From: a candidate division WWE3 bacterium GW2011_GWB1_41_6 | Lineage (GTDB): Bacteria > Patescibacteriota > WWE3 > UBA101185 > UBA10185 | Length of the DNA stretch: 64,000 bases | Direction: 5' to 3' | Assembly: GCA_000997355.1 (NCBI GenBank) | Contig: LCBS01000001.1 | Coordinates: 5,191-69,190, forward strand | Shown here: positions 1-9,205 of the stretch, in pieces | Layout: each line of letters starts with the position of its first letter | How positions within the stretch are numbered: the stretch's first letter is position 1 | Translations under genes and position numbers: made by a program | Notes under the pieces: generated by a model | What the model was told of the DNA's origin: nothing | Database searches by the model: none | Seen by the model: only the letters and a program-made list of their open reading frames with translations

Positions 1-23
1 ATAGTACGCCATCAGAAATGACT

Positions 24-512
24 TTATAAAGTATTTTCCGCGTATCCTGTTTTTTTGTTTTGCAGTGAAGGTTTTAAAACTACTCCCACCGCGGTGTAGA
101 TAGGTTTACTTAATAGGAACTCTCTGATTTGCGGGAGCATGGTCGGTTCTATATCACTTCCTATAAGTTTATTGAATTCATTTAAACTCTCACCTGCTAA
201 AAGTTCGTTTAATATCTTATGTCTTTCCTTCTTTGTATCATCAATCGTTGTTCTACTAAACTCCAAAAGCCCAATAGGCTCTCCGCCTTCCATTAATATA
301 TGAACATTTTTCCAAACGGTACCATCAACCTCACCCTGATACTTTTTTGGGTCATCAAGGAACATTTTGGTCGTAAGATCCCCTGAACCCCAGCCCTCAT
401 TTCTCTCAATAATAGGAAGTACATACTTGACGAGTTTTTCTATGTTAATGGGATCGTCTAGAATAGTCTTATTATTTCCGTCCTTGTTAAAATCCAGTTT
501 TATAATTTCCAT
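24..512 (-). CDS. Hypothetical protein with GNAT-like C-terminal motif, possibly frameshifted near its 3' end
   Basis: 162-aa ORF ending VVLKPSLQNKKTGYA, similar to acetyl-CoA-binding motif A, then stopping abruptly; a shifted frame stays open to the window edge. Confidence 0.45.
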   Translation of the reverse strand: MEIIKLDFNKDGNNKTILDDPINIEKLVKYVLPIIERNEGWGSGDLTTKMFLDDPKKYQGEVDGTVWKNVHILMEGGEPIGLLEFSRTTIDDTKKERHKILNELLAGESLNEFNKLIGSDIEPTMLPQIREFLLSKPIYTAVGVVLKPSLQNKKTGYAENTL

Positions 513-525
513 ATATATTGTGCGG

Positions 526-1056
526 TTAAATCTGCGGAATATTTAGAAAAAAATTAATATACCTTAACCGCACAACCCGCATCAATCTTTTAACAGGAAT
601 CCATTTCAAGTTTTTAGTAAACACTGAGTTATCAACTCTTTCGTCACTGAACATATCAAGTGTATCCGCATCCTGAAGAATTTTCGTGTATAGGTCTGTA
701 TTTCTGTTTAGAACTTTAAACGGATAACTGTGAGGATGTCTTTTGCATGCGTTAATAATGATACCTTTTTCTCTGCTATCGATATTAAATTGATCTAAGT
801 ATTTATCAAGTATAGATGCGATATATTTACCCTCAAAAACATAAGTTGCTATTCCGGGGTAGTATTCCGTGTAAGTAAGGTCATGAACATAACAGATGGC
901 TTCTAATAAATTTTTATCGATATCGTAACTATGAGACATTTGCATAGCGCTTTTCACCACATTGTAAACATGGTTCAAGTTATGCTGGCTGCCGTGGGCG
1001 GATGCCATTCTTTTGACAGCTTCGGTCCGGATTTGTTCGAGGGTTTGCTGGTTCAT
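526..1056 (-). CDS. HD-domain phosphohydrolase
   Basis: H..H (HNLNH), HD (VHDL), later H and DAD motifs in canonical order. Confidence 0.8.
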   Translation of the reverse strand: MNQQTLEQIRTEAVKRMASAHGSQHNLNHVYNVVKSAMQMSHSYDIDKNLLEAICYVHDLTYTEYYPGIATYVFEGKYIASILDKYLDQFNIDSREKGIIINACKRHPHSYPFKVLNRNTDLYTKILQDADTLDMFSDERVDNSVFTKNLKWIPVKRLMRVVRLRYINFFLNIPQI

Positions 1057-1070
1057 AAAAGTTTACTTAC

Positions 1071-1841
1071 TTAAAGTTTGGAAACTATTTGAACATTCTT
1101 TACATCGGGATCAACGATCACATACTTGGTGCTGATATAAAAATAACTTTCACCAGAGCTTTCCTGATTCTTAGTAAGAATCTTTTTTGTTGAGGTAAAC
1201 ACACTCTCATCATAAAATGGAGACGGTTCGTCAAGATTTTTTGTTATGTAAACTTCTTTTTCATCCGTGATCATAATCCGGTCTTTTCCACATTGTACGA
1301 GGTTAAGTACCAGGTTCGGTTTAGTCATTGTATAGATTCCGATCTCAAACGTTTCGTATTCAGGACACTGTCTTTTTACATCGTCTTTCAAACCCTCCGG
1401 AATATACATACCTATATAATCGTATCTCACTTCCTCTTTCAGCGATGCACCGGCTTTATCCACACCTAACAGTCTCGCAGTTGAACCAAGTCCCTCACTA
1501 AACATAGTATAAATAAATAACTTGCTTGACCTTTCCTCCACCGAAGAATAATCGGCAATCTCTCCTAAATTACTAATTTTTGTTCCCTGTTTATAAAATG
1601 CGTAACAAGTTGCGCCGACAAAAGGCGAGCATTCTTTATTTTCACGTGTGGAGGCAACTATGAATATTCCTTTATTGTAAGGAAGTTGTTCAACCGGATA
1701 GTAGGTCACGTTCTCAAACTTTATAGAGATATCACCAACGTGCGGTTTGTTTAATATAAAGTATGAACCTGAAATTAAAATTGCTATTAAGACCGCGATG
1801 AAACCGACATTTATATACCCATTCTGTTTACCATGTTTCAT
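1071..1841 (-). CDS. Membrane-anchored/exported hypothetical protein
   Basis: 256 aa; N-terminal KQNG followed by a hydrophobic helix. Confidence 0.6.
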   Translation of the reverse strand: MKHGKQNGYINVGFIAVLIAILISGSYFILNKPHVGDISIKFENVTYYPVEQLPYNKGIFIVASTRENKECSPFVGATCYAFYKQGTKISNLGEIADYSSVEERSSKLFIYTMFSEGLGSTARLLGVDKAGASLKEEVRYDYIGMYIPEGLKDDVKRQCPEYETFEIGIYTMTKPNLVLNLVQCGKDRIMITDEKEVYITKNLDEPSPFYDESVFTSTKKILTKNQESSGESYFYISTKYVIVDPDVKNVQIVSKL

Positions 1842-1971
1842 ATAAATAATTATAACTCAAATGAGTTTCATAGTGAGGTTGGATAATAAATATTCTTGTT
1901 CGGGTTTTCTTCTTGCTTTTTCATTTCTTAAGTATTAATCTTAATTTATTAATTATTTCTAAGGAGTTTAT

Positions 1972-2334
1972 ATGGAAATTAAAGGACATACAATTATTTT
2001 CGCTACAAAAGATAACGATGAGGAAATGGGAAAGTTCTATAAAGAAATTTTAGGATGTACGCAGGATGAGAACGGATTGTGGGATCTTGGGGGTTTAAAA
2101 TTGGGTTTTGACAGACACAGCCAAGCAGCAGAAAAAGCTTTGGAACCGTTCAGATGTATGGTCACACTAACTGTAGATGACATTAACAAGACTGTAAAAG
2201 AATTACAGACTAAAGGAGTTAAGTTTATCAGGATGCCCGGGCAGGAATTTTGGGGAGGATGGTTCGCAACGTTCCAAGATCCGGATGGTAACTATCTTCA
2301 GCTATTCCAGAACGGGGAACCTCCGAAGGAATAG
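1972..2334 (+). CDS. VOC family (glyoxalase/bleomycin resistance) protein
   Basis: FYKEILG, VDDI..L..KGV, WGGWFATFQDPDGN motifs; AAGGAG SD upstream. Confidence 0.85.
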   Translation: MEIKGHTIIFATKDNDEEMGKFYKEILGCTQDENGLWDLGGLKLGFDRHSQAAEKALEPFRCMVTLTVDDINKTVKELQTKGVKFIRMPGQEFWGGWFATFQDPDGNYLQLFQNGEPPKE

Positions 2335-2391
2335 AGCATAGTACTATAGTATAATATCCAAAATCAAACAAAAGGAGAGGGAGATAAGCAA

Positions 2392-2646
2392 ATGAGTAAG
2401 GTACAAAAAAAGCACTTTCTTTTCTCGGATTTTGGTACGGCAAAACGCGCAATGGAGACATTATGGAATTACCAGGATGCCATTAACGCTCTGCGTACGC
2501 TTTTCACCATCAGTACTAGTGGTAGCGTAACGGACTTAACCCTAAGCAACCGTAGCAGCGATGACGAACCCAACGTAATTCAATTCTTCAACAAACATTT
2601 CCCGGGCTTGTTCACCGTACATGATTTTGAAGACTATATTCATTAA
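2392..2646 (+). CDS. Small orphan protein
   Basis: 84 aa; TATAAT and AAAGGAGAG upstream, terminator downstream. Confidence 0.6.
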   Translation: MSKVQKKHFLFSDFGTAKRAMETLWNYQDAINALRTLFTISTSGSVTDLTLSNRSSDDEPNVIQFFNKHFPGLFTVHDFEDYIH

Positions 2647-2668
2647 TAAATGTCAGTATTGTTTACGT

Positions 2669-2718
2669 AACCCTCTCGTCCGTTTGGGTATAAACCGCAA
2701 CGGATCGGAGGGTTTTTT
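2669..2718 (+). terminator. Intrinsic terminator
   Basis: AACCCTC..TCCGTT / AACGGA..GAGGGTT interrupted stem followed by T-tract. Confidence 0.7.
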
Positions 2719-2758
2719 AATCTCCTTTTTGTTGTTATAAATCTCTCCTGACCATATA

Positions 2759-4459
2759 ATGAAACATATGGACAACATCTTTTATCAACTTGCCCTGGTT
2801 TTGGTGTTAGCTTCAGGAATCGGTCTTTTTGTTCTTAAAGTAAAACTCCCTCTGGTCGTTGCTTACCTCATCACAGGCTTGGTCTTATCCGTAGTCCGGC
2901 TTTTTGACCTGGGACATTCCCCCGTTTTTGAAGTGTTGCCTGAAATAGGTATTGCTTTTGTCTTGTTTCTGATTGGGATGGAGCTGAAACTTAATGAACT
3001 TAAAGTACTCGGAAAACCTATCTTTATAGCAGCCATAGGGCAGATTATTATATCCACACTTCTGGGTTACGCTATCTCCCGTTTGTTAGGATTTGGCAGT
3101 TCGGAAGGTTTATACCTTGGACTGGGTCTTGCATTCTCATCCACGGTTGTTGTTATAAAAATGCTCTTAGAGAGCAGGGACCTCAGTTCTTTATTCGGAA
3201 AGTTATCTATCGGAATGCTGTTGGTAGAAGACTTAGTCGCTATTGCAGTTTTGATGATGATCTCGGTTAGCAGTTCAGCTATCGGCACGGGTCTTCCGGC
3301 AAGTTATCCATTATTAATGCTTTTGCTAAAAGCTGCAGGGTTGTTCGTTCTAACATTCGTTCTGTCTAAATACATACTCAATAAGGTGTTTGAATATACG
3401 GCACACTCTAAAGAACTTTTGTATATAACTTCTATTACGTGGTGTTTCGCATTTACAAGTCTGGCGGTATTCGCCGGCTTTTCTATCGAGATCGGAGCTT
3501 TTTTGGCAGGAGTTGCGCTCGCCTCTTCCCCATATCACATGCAGATCCAGGCAAAAATAAAGCCGATGCGTGATTTCTTCCTTGCTCTGTTTTTTATTTA
3601 TCTGGGATCAACAGCGGAGTTTAGGGACCTGCGGGCGTCAATACCGATAATTGTTATCTTCACTTTATACGCTCTAATTATTAAACCGGTCGTTTATATG
3701 GCACTTTTGAGCAGATTCGGCTTTAGAAAACACACTATTTTCCAAACGGCGTTAAATCTCTCACAAGTCTCGGAATTTTCATTAATAGTGTTGCTGGTAG
3801 GCGTAAATGCAGGCTTAATTGAACCAATAACCATATCTATTATGGCTGCCGTTGCAGTACTTTCTATCACAGTATCTTCCATACTCATTTCCTTCTCGAA
3901 AAAAGTGTATAAACCTGTAGCACCTTTAGTCGGGCTTCTGGAAACAAAAGGAAAATCCCATTATTACGAACGCAAAGTTAACGACACTTTAGTTGAACAT
4001 ATTATTGTTATAGGAGCACACAGGGTCGGAAGTCCTATTGTCAGGTATCTTCACGACAACCAAATACCTTTTATTGTCATGGACTTTAACCCGACAATAG
4101 TTCATAACCTTGTAGAAAAAGGGGTTAACGCTGTATATGGAGATATCGGAGATCCCGAGATAATTGAATTCTTACACTTAGAAAAAGCAAAGTTAGTAAT
4201 ATGTACCGCTTCGGATTTTTCGGACAACGAACTCTTGCTAAACCTTACAAAAGAAGTAAATAAAGAAGCGACTGTTGTTTTACGGGCTTTAGATTCAGAG
4301 TATGCTCGTATTTTAAAAACGTTAGGCGCCGACTATGTTCTACTGCCGGAAAAAGTGTCCGGAGATTATATTGTTCATCAGATAAAACATTATTGGCCGA
4401 ATGTGAATTTTAAGGATGGCATAACTTTTAACAACAAAGCTATAAGTTCACTGGTCTAA
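2759..4459 (+). CDS. CPA2 cation:proton antiporter (Kef-type) with C-terminal TrkA-N/KTN domain
   Basis: Many TM helices, LFLIGMEL, FSSTVVVIK, EDL, GAFLAG; C-terminal IGAHRVG Rossmann motif and YGD. Confidence 0.9.
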   Translation: MKHMDNIFYQLALVLVLASGIGLFVLKVKLPLVVAYLITGLVLSVVRLFDLGHSPVFEVLPEIGIAFVLFLIGMELKLNELKVLGKPIFIAAIGQIIISTLLGYAISRLLGFGSSEGLYLGLGLAFSSTVVVIKMLLESRDLSSLFGKLSIGMLLVEDLVAIAVLMMISVSSSAIGTGLPASYPLLMLLLKAAGLFVLTFVLSKYILNKVFEYTAHSKELLYITSITWCFAFTSLAVFAGFSIEIGAFLAGVALASSPYHMQIQAKIKPMRDFFLALFFIYLGSTAEFRDLRASIPIIVIFTLYALIIKPVVYMALLSRFGFRKHTIFQTALNLSQVSEFSLIVLLVGVNAGLIEPITISIMAAVAVLSITVSSILISFSKKVYKPVAPLVGLLETKGKSHYYERKVNDTLVEHIIVIGAHRVGSPIVRYLHDNQIPFIVMDFNPTIVHNLVEKGVNAVYGDIGDPEIIEFLHLEKAKLVICTASDFSDNELLLNLTKEVNKEATVVLRALDSEYARILKTLGADYVLLPEKVSGDYIVHQIKHYWPNVNFKDGITFNNKAISSLV

Positions 4460-5387
4460 GCCACAACTCAAGAATAATAAAAAGTACGTATAAGGATAGA
4501 AGTATCGCACCTTCCTTTCTGTCAAGCTTTTTATTCCTCGTGAAAAGTAAAAATAGCGCAGCCCCTATTGGAAGCAGCAAAAGGTTATATTTAATTCCAC
4601 CGCTTATTTGGATCGGCTGCCGGTAGAACAAAGTGAGGAACCCAAGTATTAATGTGTTCAGGGCAGCAGATCCGATATAATCCCCCAAAGCGATCGTTTT
4701 CTTTTTAAGAATTGTGGACCTGATAAGAACAGTCAGTTCAGGCAGATTTGTGCCTATGGACAAAAGTATGAGTCCAATTAAAAACGGTGCCACTGAGAAT
4801 TTGTTCGCATATAAAACTGCTGTATCAACAATAAACTTACATGAAATAATTATCAGCACTATACCAAACAATATCTTTAGAGATTCTATGAAAATATTCA
4901 CATTATGATGGTTTATTACTTCCTCAATCTTATCCAGTAAAGTATTCCTCCTGGAAATCGTCATTACCAAAAGTCCAAACGAGAAGATCATAACAAAAGC
5001 GTCTACGATACTTATGACATTATCTAAAACTAAAATTACAGGTAAAGAAATTACTAAAAAAGCGAAAGGGAAATTGATCGGTTCTGCTTTTTCATTAAGA
5101 TGTATCCCTTTATTTAAGACGACAAGGAGAGGAATTATCAACAAAGAAAGCACTACAGAACCACCGATCAAGTTTCCAACGGATATGCCGGGTGTTTTAT
5201 CTATAATGGAAAAGTAAGCTACAGAAATTTCGCTAACCGATGTAAGAACTCCTAAAGCAAAGAAAGAAATTAAAAAAGAGGGGATCTTTACATACCTGGA
5301 AACTTTCTCAACGCCGCTGATCGAAATACCGGAGCCTACCCATAAAACCAGAAATGCGATAAGCAAAAACGATAGATCTTGTATCAT
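4440..5387 (-). CDS. Calcium/sodium antiporter (CaCA, YrbG-like)
   Basis: Two alpha repeats (TSVSE..GNLIGG and GTNLPE..GDYIGS); hydrophobic. Confidence 0.85.
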   Translation of the reverse strand: MIQDLSFLLIAFLVLWVGSGISISGVEKVSRYVKIPSFLISFFALGVLTSVSEISVAYFSIIDKTPGISVGNLIGGSVVLSLLIIPLLVVLNKGIHLNEKAEPINFPFAFLVISLPVILVLDNVISIVDAFVMIFSFGLLVMTISRRNTLLDKIEEVINHHNVNIFIESLKILFGIVLIIISCKFIVDTAVLYANKFSVAPFLIGLILLSIGTNLPELTVLIRSTILKKKTIALGDYIGSAALNTLILGFLTLFYRQPIQISGGIKYNLLLLPIGAALFLLFTRNKKLDRKEGAILLSLYVLFIILELWLRPVNL

Positions 5388-5452
5388 TTAGTAATTAAAT
5401 CACATATAAACCTGTTTTTGTTAAAGTAATTTAAAAGTTGTTATCCTAGGTA

Positions 5453-6103
5453 TTAGATAAATTTTAGTATAGTTAGAAGATCGTTACTGTGAACGTAGAA
5501 TTTTGCGTTACTCTCAACTTCTTTTCTGCAGACATTTCCTCCAAACCCTACGAAGGTCTCAACGAATGCTTCCACCGAAAGGTCCGTACATCCGTCACCA
5601 ACGAATAAGGTTCTTTCCTTATTAAAAAGCTTATTAATAATCCGCGCTTTTCCGTTATCTTCAAGTAAAGTCTGCCCGGGTTGGATGCCAATATAATTAC
5701 CGTTTTCGTTAAAAAGCAAATTTAGCGCCAGTACATTTTCCTTTGGTAGCCCAAGATATTCTCCCAGTATGTCGCACGGTTGTTTTATTCCACCCGATAT
5801 TATAAAAACCTCTATCCCCCTTTCCATGCACTCGGCAACCATCTCCTTTGCCCCTAGAGTAATATTATTAATATATTGTTCACCCAACCATTCAAGGTCC
5901 CTTATAGTGGGCTTTATTAGGTCCCATCTTTCCTTAAAGGCCGTATTAAAGTCAAGCTGCCCATTCATCGCGCGCTGTGTAAGTTCAGTTACTTTTTTGT
6001 ACACTCCGTTCTTTTTTGCAAGTTCGTCCGCACCTTCTATTGTTACTAAGGTACTGTCACAGTCGAACACTATTGTGTCGTATAAGTTCGTTTTTGTATC
6101 CAT
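5453..6103 (-). CDS. HAD-IB phosphatase, phosphoserine phosphatase-like
   Basis: FDCDSTL motif I, ISGG motif II, K and GDGCTD motif IV; start moved to ATG at 6103. Confidence 0.8.
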   Translation of the reverse strand: MDTKTNLYDTIVFDCDSTLVTIEGADELAKKNGVYKKVTELTQRAMNGQLDFNTAFKERWDLIKPTIRDLEWLGEQYINNITLGAKEMVAECMERGIEVFIISGGIKQPCDILGEYLGLPKENVLALNLLFNENGNYIGIQPGQTLLEDNGKARIINKLFNKERTLFVGDGCTDLSVEAFVETFVGFGGNVCRKEVESNAKFYVHSNDLLTILKFI

Positions 6104-6164
6104 AAAAAAAGCCCCTAAATGTGATAGGGTCCTTGTTGTGGATGGAGCCACAGAAAACTTTTAT

Positions 6165-6193
6165 ATTTTACTTTTGTATTGTTACTTTAGCAA
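6165..6193 (-). promoter_or_regulatory. Sigma70-type promoter for the HAD phosphatase gene
   Basis: TTGCTA-17 nt-TAAAAT on the minus strand. Confidence 0.55.
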
Positions 6194-6246
6194 TAGTGTA
6201 AGCAAATATTTTAAGCGTGGCTATGTTCGTGTACTATAGTTAATAT

Positions 6247-6846
6247 ATGACTAAAAGCACATATAACCCTTTGATATCTGAGTCCGCTGAGAATAATATG
6301 GAAAATTTTAGACGGGATTGTCCCAAAGTATTTAAGGCTCTTGAAGAAAGAGCACCAAGAAAACTGGTTATCCAAGTTCCTAAAGAACATTTAGATACTG
6401 CAGAAACCATGCTAAGGGAAAGTCATTGGCGGATCCATTCGGATAAAGCTCCTTTTATTGCAGTCGACGTAGCAGAATTATTAGAAAGAGAGGGAGTAAC
6501 CCCGGATAATTTTAACCGCGAAATGATATATAGTGATGCGTTAACGCAATTGCCGGAAGATAGAACGGAAGCGGCCGGCCGGGATGCACTGGATAAATTT
6601 CAAAGAATGTGCGCACCTTATGGGGATGCAAAAACTCCGGTCTTACTGTTTATAAGAAACTTTGACGCAGTAACATCACAACTGCCTGATAACTACCCCT
6701 GGCCTGAGATCGGAAATTTATTACTAACAACGGTTAGGGTAGGTGGAAATTTTAAAATATGTTTACATGTCACAGATACTGATAAGATACGGGATCCGGG
6801 AAGCAGGTTGAACGACGCACAGATAGTACTCGATTCAGAGTTGTGA
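6247..6846 (+). CDS. Hypothetical protein, possible degenerate AAA+ fold
   Basis: 199 aa; APFIAVDVAEL and LLFIRNFD resemble AAA+ segments; no Walker A. Confidence 0.5.
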   Translation: MTKSTYNPLISESAENNMENFRRDCPKVFKALEERAPRKLVIQVPKEHLDTAETMLRESHWRIHSDKAPFIAVDVAELLEREGVTPDNFNREMIYSDALTQLPEDRTEAAGRDALDKFQRMCAPYGDAKTPVLLFIRNFDAVTSQLPDNYPWPEIGNLLLTTVRVGGNFKICLHVTDTDKIRDPGSRLNDAQIVLDSEL

Positions 6847-6926
6847 TCTAACCTAGTGACGTAAAAAACTCACGACAAGTATACCCTGATTTTTCATATG
6901 TATCGTCGGGTGATAAAATAACCTTC

Positions 6927-7181
6927 ATGATAGGAGAACTAAAAAATAACTGGGAGGAGAAAGACAACAAGCTTTTTATCCGTACAAAGCAGGAAAACTT
7001 TACAGACTGTGTAGAGCTGATAAATAAGATCGCGCGAATTGCTGAGGAACAAAATCACCATCCCAACTTGTTCATAAAAGAATATAGAATTCTAGAGATC
7101 GAGATTTATACTCACGATGAAAATACAGTGACGGAGAAAGATTGGAAGCTGGCCGTTGAAATTGATGATCTCTTAAGGTAA
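6927..7181 (+). CDS. Pterin-4-alpha-carbinolamine dehydratase family
   Basis: AEEQNHHP, YTHD, VTEKDWKLA motifs. Confidence 0.9.
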   Translation: MIGELKNNWEEKDNKLFIRTKQENFTDCVELINKIARIAEEQNHHPNLFIKEYRILEIEIYTHDENTVTEKDWKLAVEIDDLLR

Positions 7182-7226
7182 TTGTGGATTAAGTGTCTCG
7201 TAGTGTACCAATTACTAACAATAAAA

Positions 7227-7946
7227 CTAGATTAGGTTTAGCAATTGTTCTCTCCAAGCAGGTATAAACTCATTACCCGGGCAAATAATAGAGTTATGTA
7301 CCTCTCTGTGACCTAAAATTCTTCCTTTTTCGATTTGTGAATAATGTTTTTTAATTAACTTGGCAAGTGAACCAAGCATCGCTGAATTTGGAGACTTTAA
7401 TTCCAGGTCATCGTCCAGACATATCCCTACGCTTCTTGCATTTATATCCCAATTACCTGCGTGCCAACCTATATACTTATCATCCAGTAACCGTTCAATA
7501 CTACCATCCTGTTTAACTAGCCAATGGTAGCCGTAAAACACTTGTTCTTGGTCAACAAAATGTCCAGACCAAACTGCCCGACCTTTAATTTCCCTGTTTT
7601 CCTGGCTTGGGTTAGTAAAAAATGGTACATACAACCTTAACAGATGCATGACGTTTAATCTACTATTTGTAAGCCCATTCGCCCGACTGGAGTGATGGAC
7701 GATTAGAGTATCGATGGTTTTTCTCTCATCATCCCAATTAGGACCTGTTTCACTAACTTGTAAGATACCTTCTGATAGACTTTTTCCAACATAGTCATAA
7801 ATCTCATCTACTATTTCCTCTCGTTCCTGTCGCGGCAGCTCCTTAACAGTATTCTCAATACGCTTGAAATCTTCACCCAAATAAAGGTACCAATCAATTT
7901 TACTTATATTTTTACTCCACAGGTCTCTGTCAAAAATATTTGGCAT
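7227..7946 (-). CDS. N-acetylmuramoyl-L-alanine amidase (Amidase_2/PGRP-like)
   Basis: IVHHS, GYHWLV..DG, GWHAG..N..SVGI, GHRE, CPG zinc-amidase motifs. Confidence 0.88.
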   Translation of the reverse strand: MPNIFDRDLWSKNISKIDWYLYLGEDFKRIENTVKELPRQEREEIVDEIYDYVGKSLSEGILQVSETGPNWDDERKTIDTLIVHHSSRANGLTNSRLNVMHLLRLYVPFFTNPSQENREIKGRAVWSGHFVDQEQVFYGYHWLVKQDGSIERLLDDKYIGWHAGNWDINARSVGICLDDDLELKSPNSAMLGSLAKLIKKHYSQIEKGRILGHREVHNSIICPGNEFIPAWREQLLNLI

Positions 7947-7948
7947 AT

Positions 7949-9205
7949 CTAATCTGTAAAATATCGTAAATAAGAAATTGTTTTTAACACAAAATCCATT
8001 AACTTATCCGTAACAGATTGTGGGTAAAAGTAATTTCTCTTTACTACACTTTTATATGCAATATCAAGTCTGTTATTCAACTTTGCTTTACGTTTTAGTA
8101 ATACCTCATCTGTAACTGCATTTTCATTTTTTAGTTTCTCAGAAACGGATTCAAGCACAATACCCTGAGAAGATTCCAAACTTGTTAAGGAAGTTAAAAG
8201 TTCTACACAAGTTACAACATCTGCTTTCTTAATTTCTTCAGACCTGATTATTCCATCATCTGCGCCATTATGTTTATATATGTTTGGTATGGTTAGGGTG
8301 CAAATATTTGGGGTTAGTTCGAACTGTGTAAAAGGTCTGGAATCGCACGAATCTTTTATCACCCCAACCTGAAGTTTAAGACTAGATGTATGTGCAATTT
8401 GTCTAAGTGTCAGCTCTAATTTGTTTGGTCCGGGATTCTTGTAGCCAAAAAGACACCCGGTGTTACTAAGCTGCAAAACAGGACCTCCGTTATAATCGAC
8501 TGCACCATATTTTTCGGAGTCGATACTTTCCGTTTTTAAACATTCCAAGTTCAATACATAATCATCAGTGGTTAAGTTAATATAGTTTGTTCTAGTTAAC
8601 CACCAAGAACTTACTTGATGTACTTCTTCATGTTTCATAAATGCCAAGAACACATCATATGTATTACCAATCAACTTGCTGGTTAACAGATAAAGCAATA
8701 TGGAAACCATTAATCCATCATCAGCGTTATAAAGATTAAGTGTAGTATCGGTTTCATCAAATGGAAAAATATCAAGCATACCGATCGAATTCCTAGGTAC
8801 TTCAAAATCAGCCTTTACCCATAACTCTTGCTTGGGACCCGGAATTATTTTATCTATTTTGGCATTACCAATGAATTCCCCTGCCGGATTGTAAACTCGC
8901 ACTTTAATATCATTTTCATCTAAATACTCAATTATGTTTTTTGTACCAACAAGACCTAAAAGTTGGCCACGTTTATCATTCTCAAGAACAATTCCCGGGT
9001 GATCGGTGTGTGCCATTATTAACAACTTTTTCCTCCCTATCAGAACCTGTGGTTCAACTAAAATCACGTATTCGTTTTCTTCGTATCGGATGTGCGCACT
9101 ATCTAGTGTATTTTTTATATATTGTGACGTATGTTTTTGTGCAAATGGGGCATTAGGGATTTTTTGGTAGTCTTCAATTATTTTCTTTAGCTTTGTATCG
9201 ATCAT
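7949..9205 (-). CDS. M20/M28/M42-type dimetal peptidase
   Basis: AHTDH, ADD, HEEV and late H (KHNG) ligand pattern. Confidence 0.7.
   Translation of the reverse strand: MIDTKLKKIIEDYQKIPNAPFAQKHTSQYIKNTLDSAHIRYEENEYVILVEPQVLIGRKKLLIMAHTDHPGIVLENDKRGQLLGLVGTKNIIEYLDENDIKVRVYNPAGEFIGNAKIDKIIPGPKQELWVKADFEVPRNSIGMLDIFPFDETDTTLNLYNADDGLMVSILLYLLTSKLIGNTYDVFLAFMKHEEVHQVSSWWLTRTNYINLTTDDYVLNLECLKTESIDSEKYGAVDYNGGPVLQLSNTGCLFGYKNPGPNKLELTLRQIAHTSSLKLQVGVIKDSCDSRPFTQFELTPNICTLTIPNIYKHNGADDGIIRSEEIKKADVVTCVELLTSLTSLESSQGIVLESVSEKLKNENAVTDEVLLKRKAKLNNRLDIAYKSVVKRNYFYPQSVTDKLMDFVLKTISYLRYFTD

Noticed and set aside
2341-6240. GTACTATAGT upstream of both the 2392 and 6247 orphans
   Set aside because: Only two copies, at different distances from the start and not at the -35 position; could be chance
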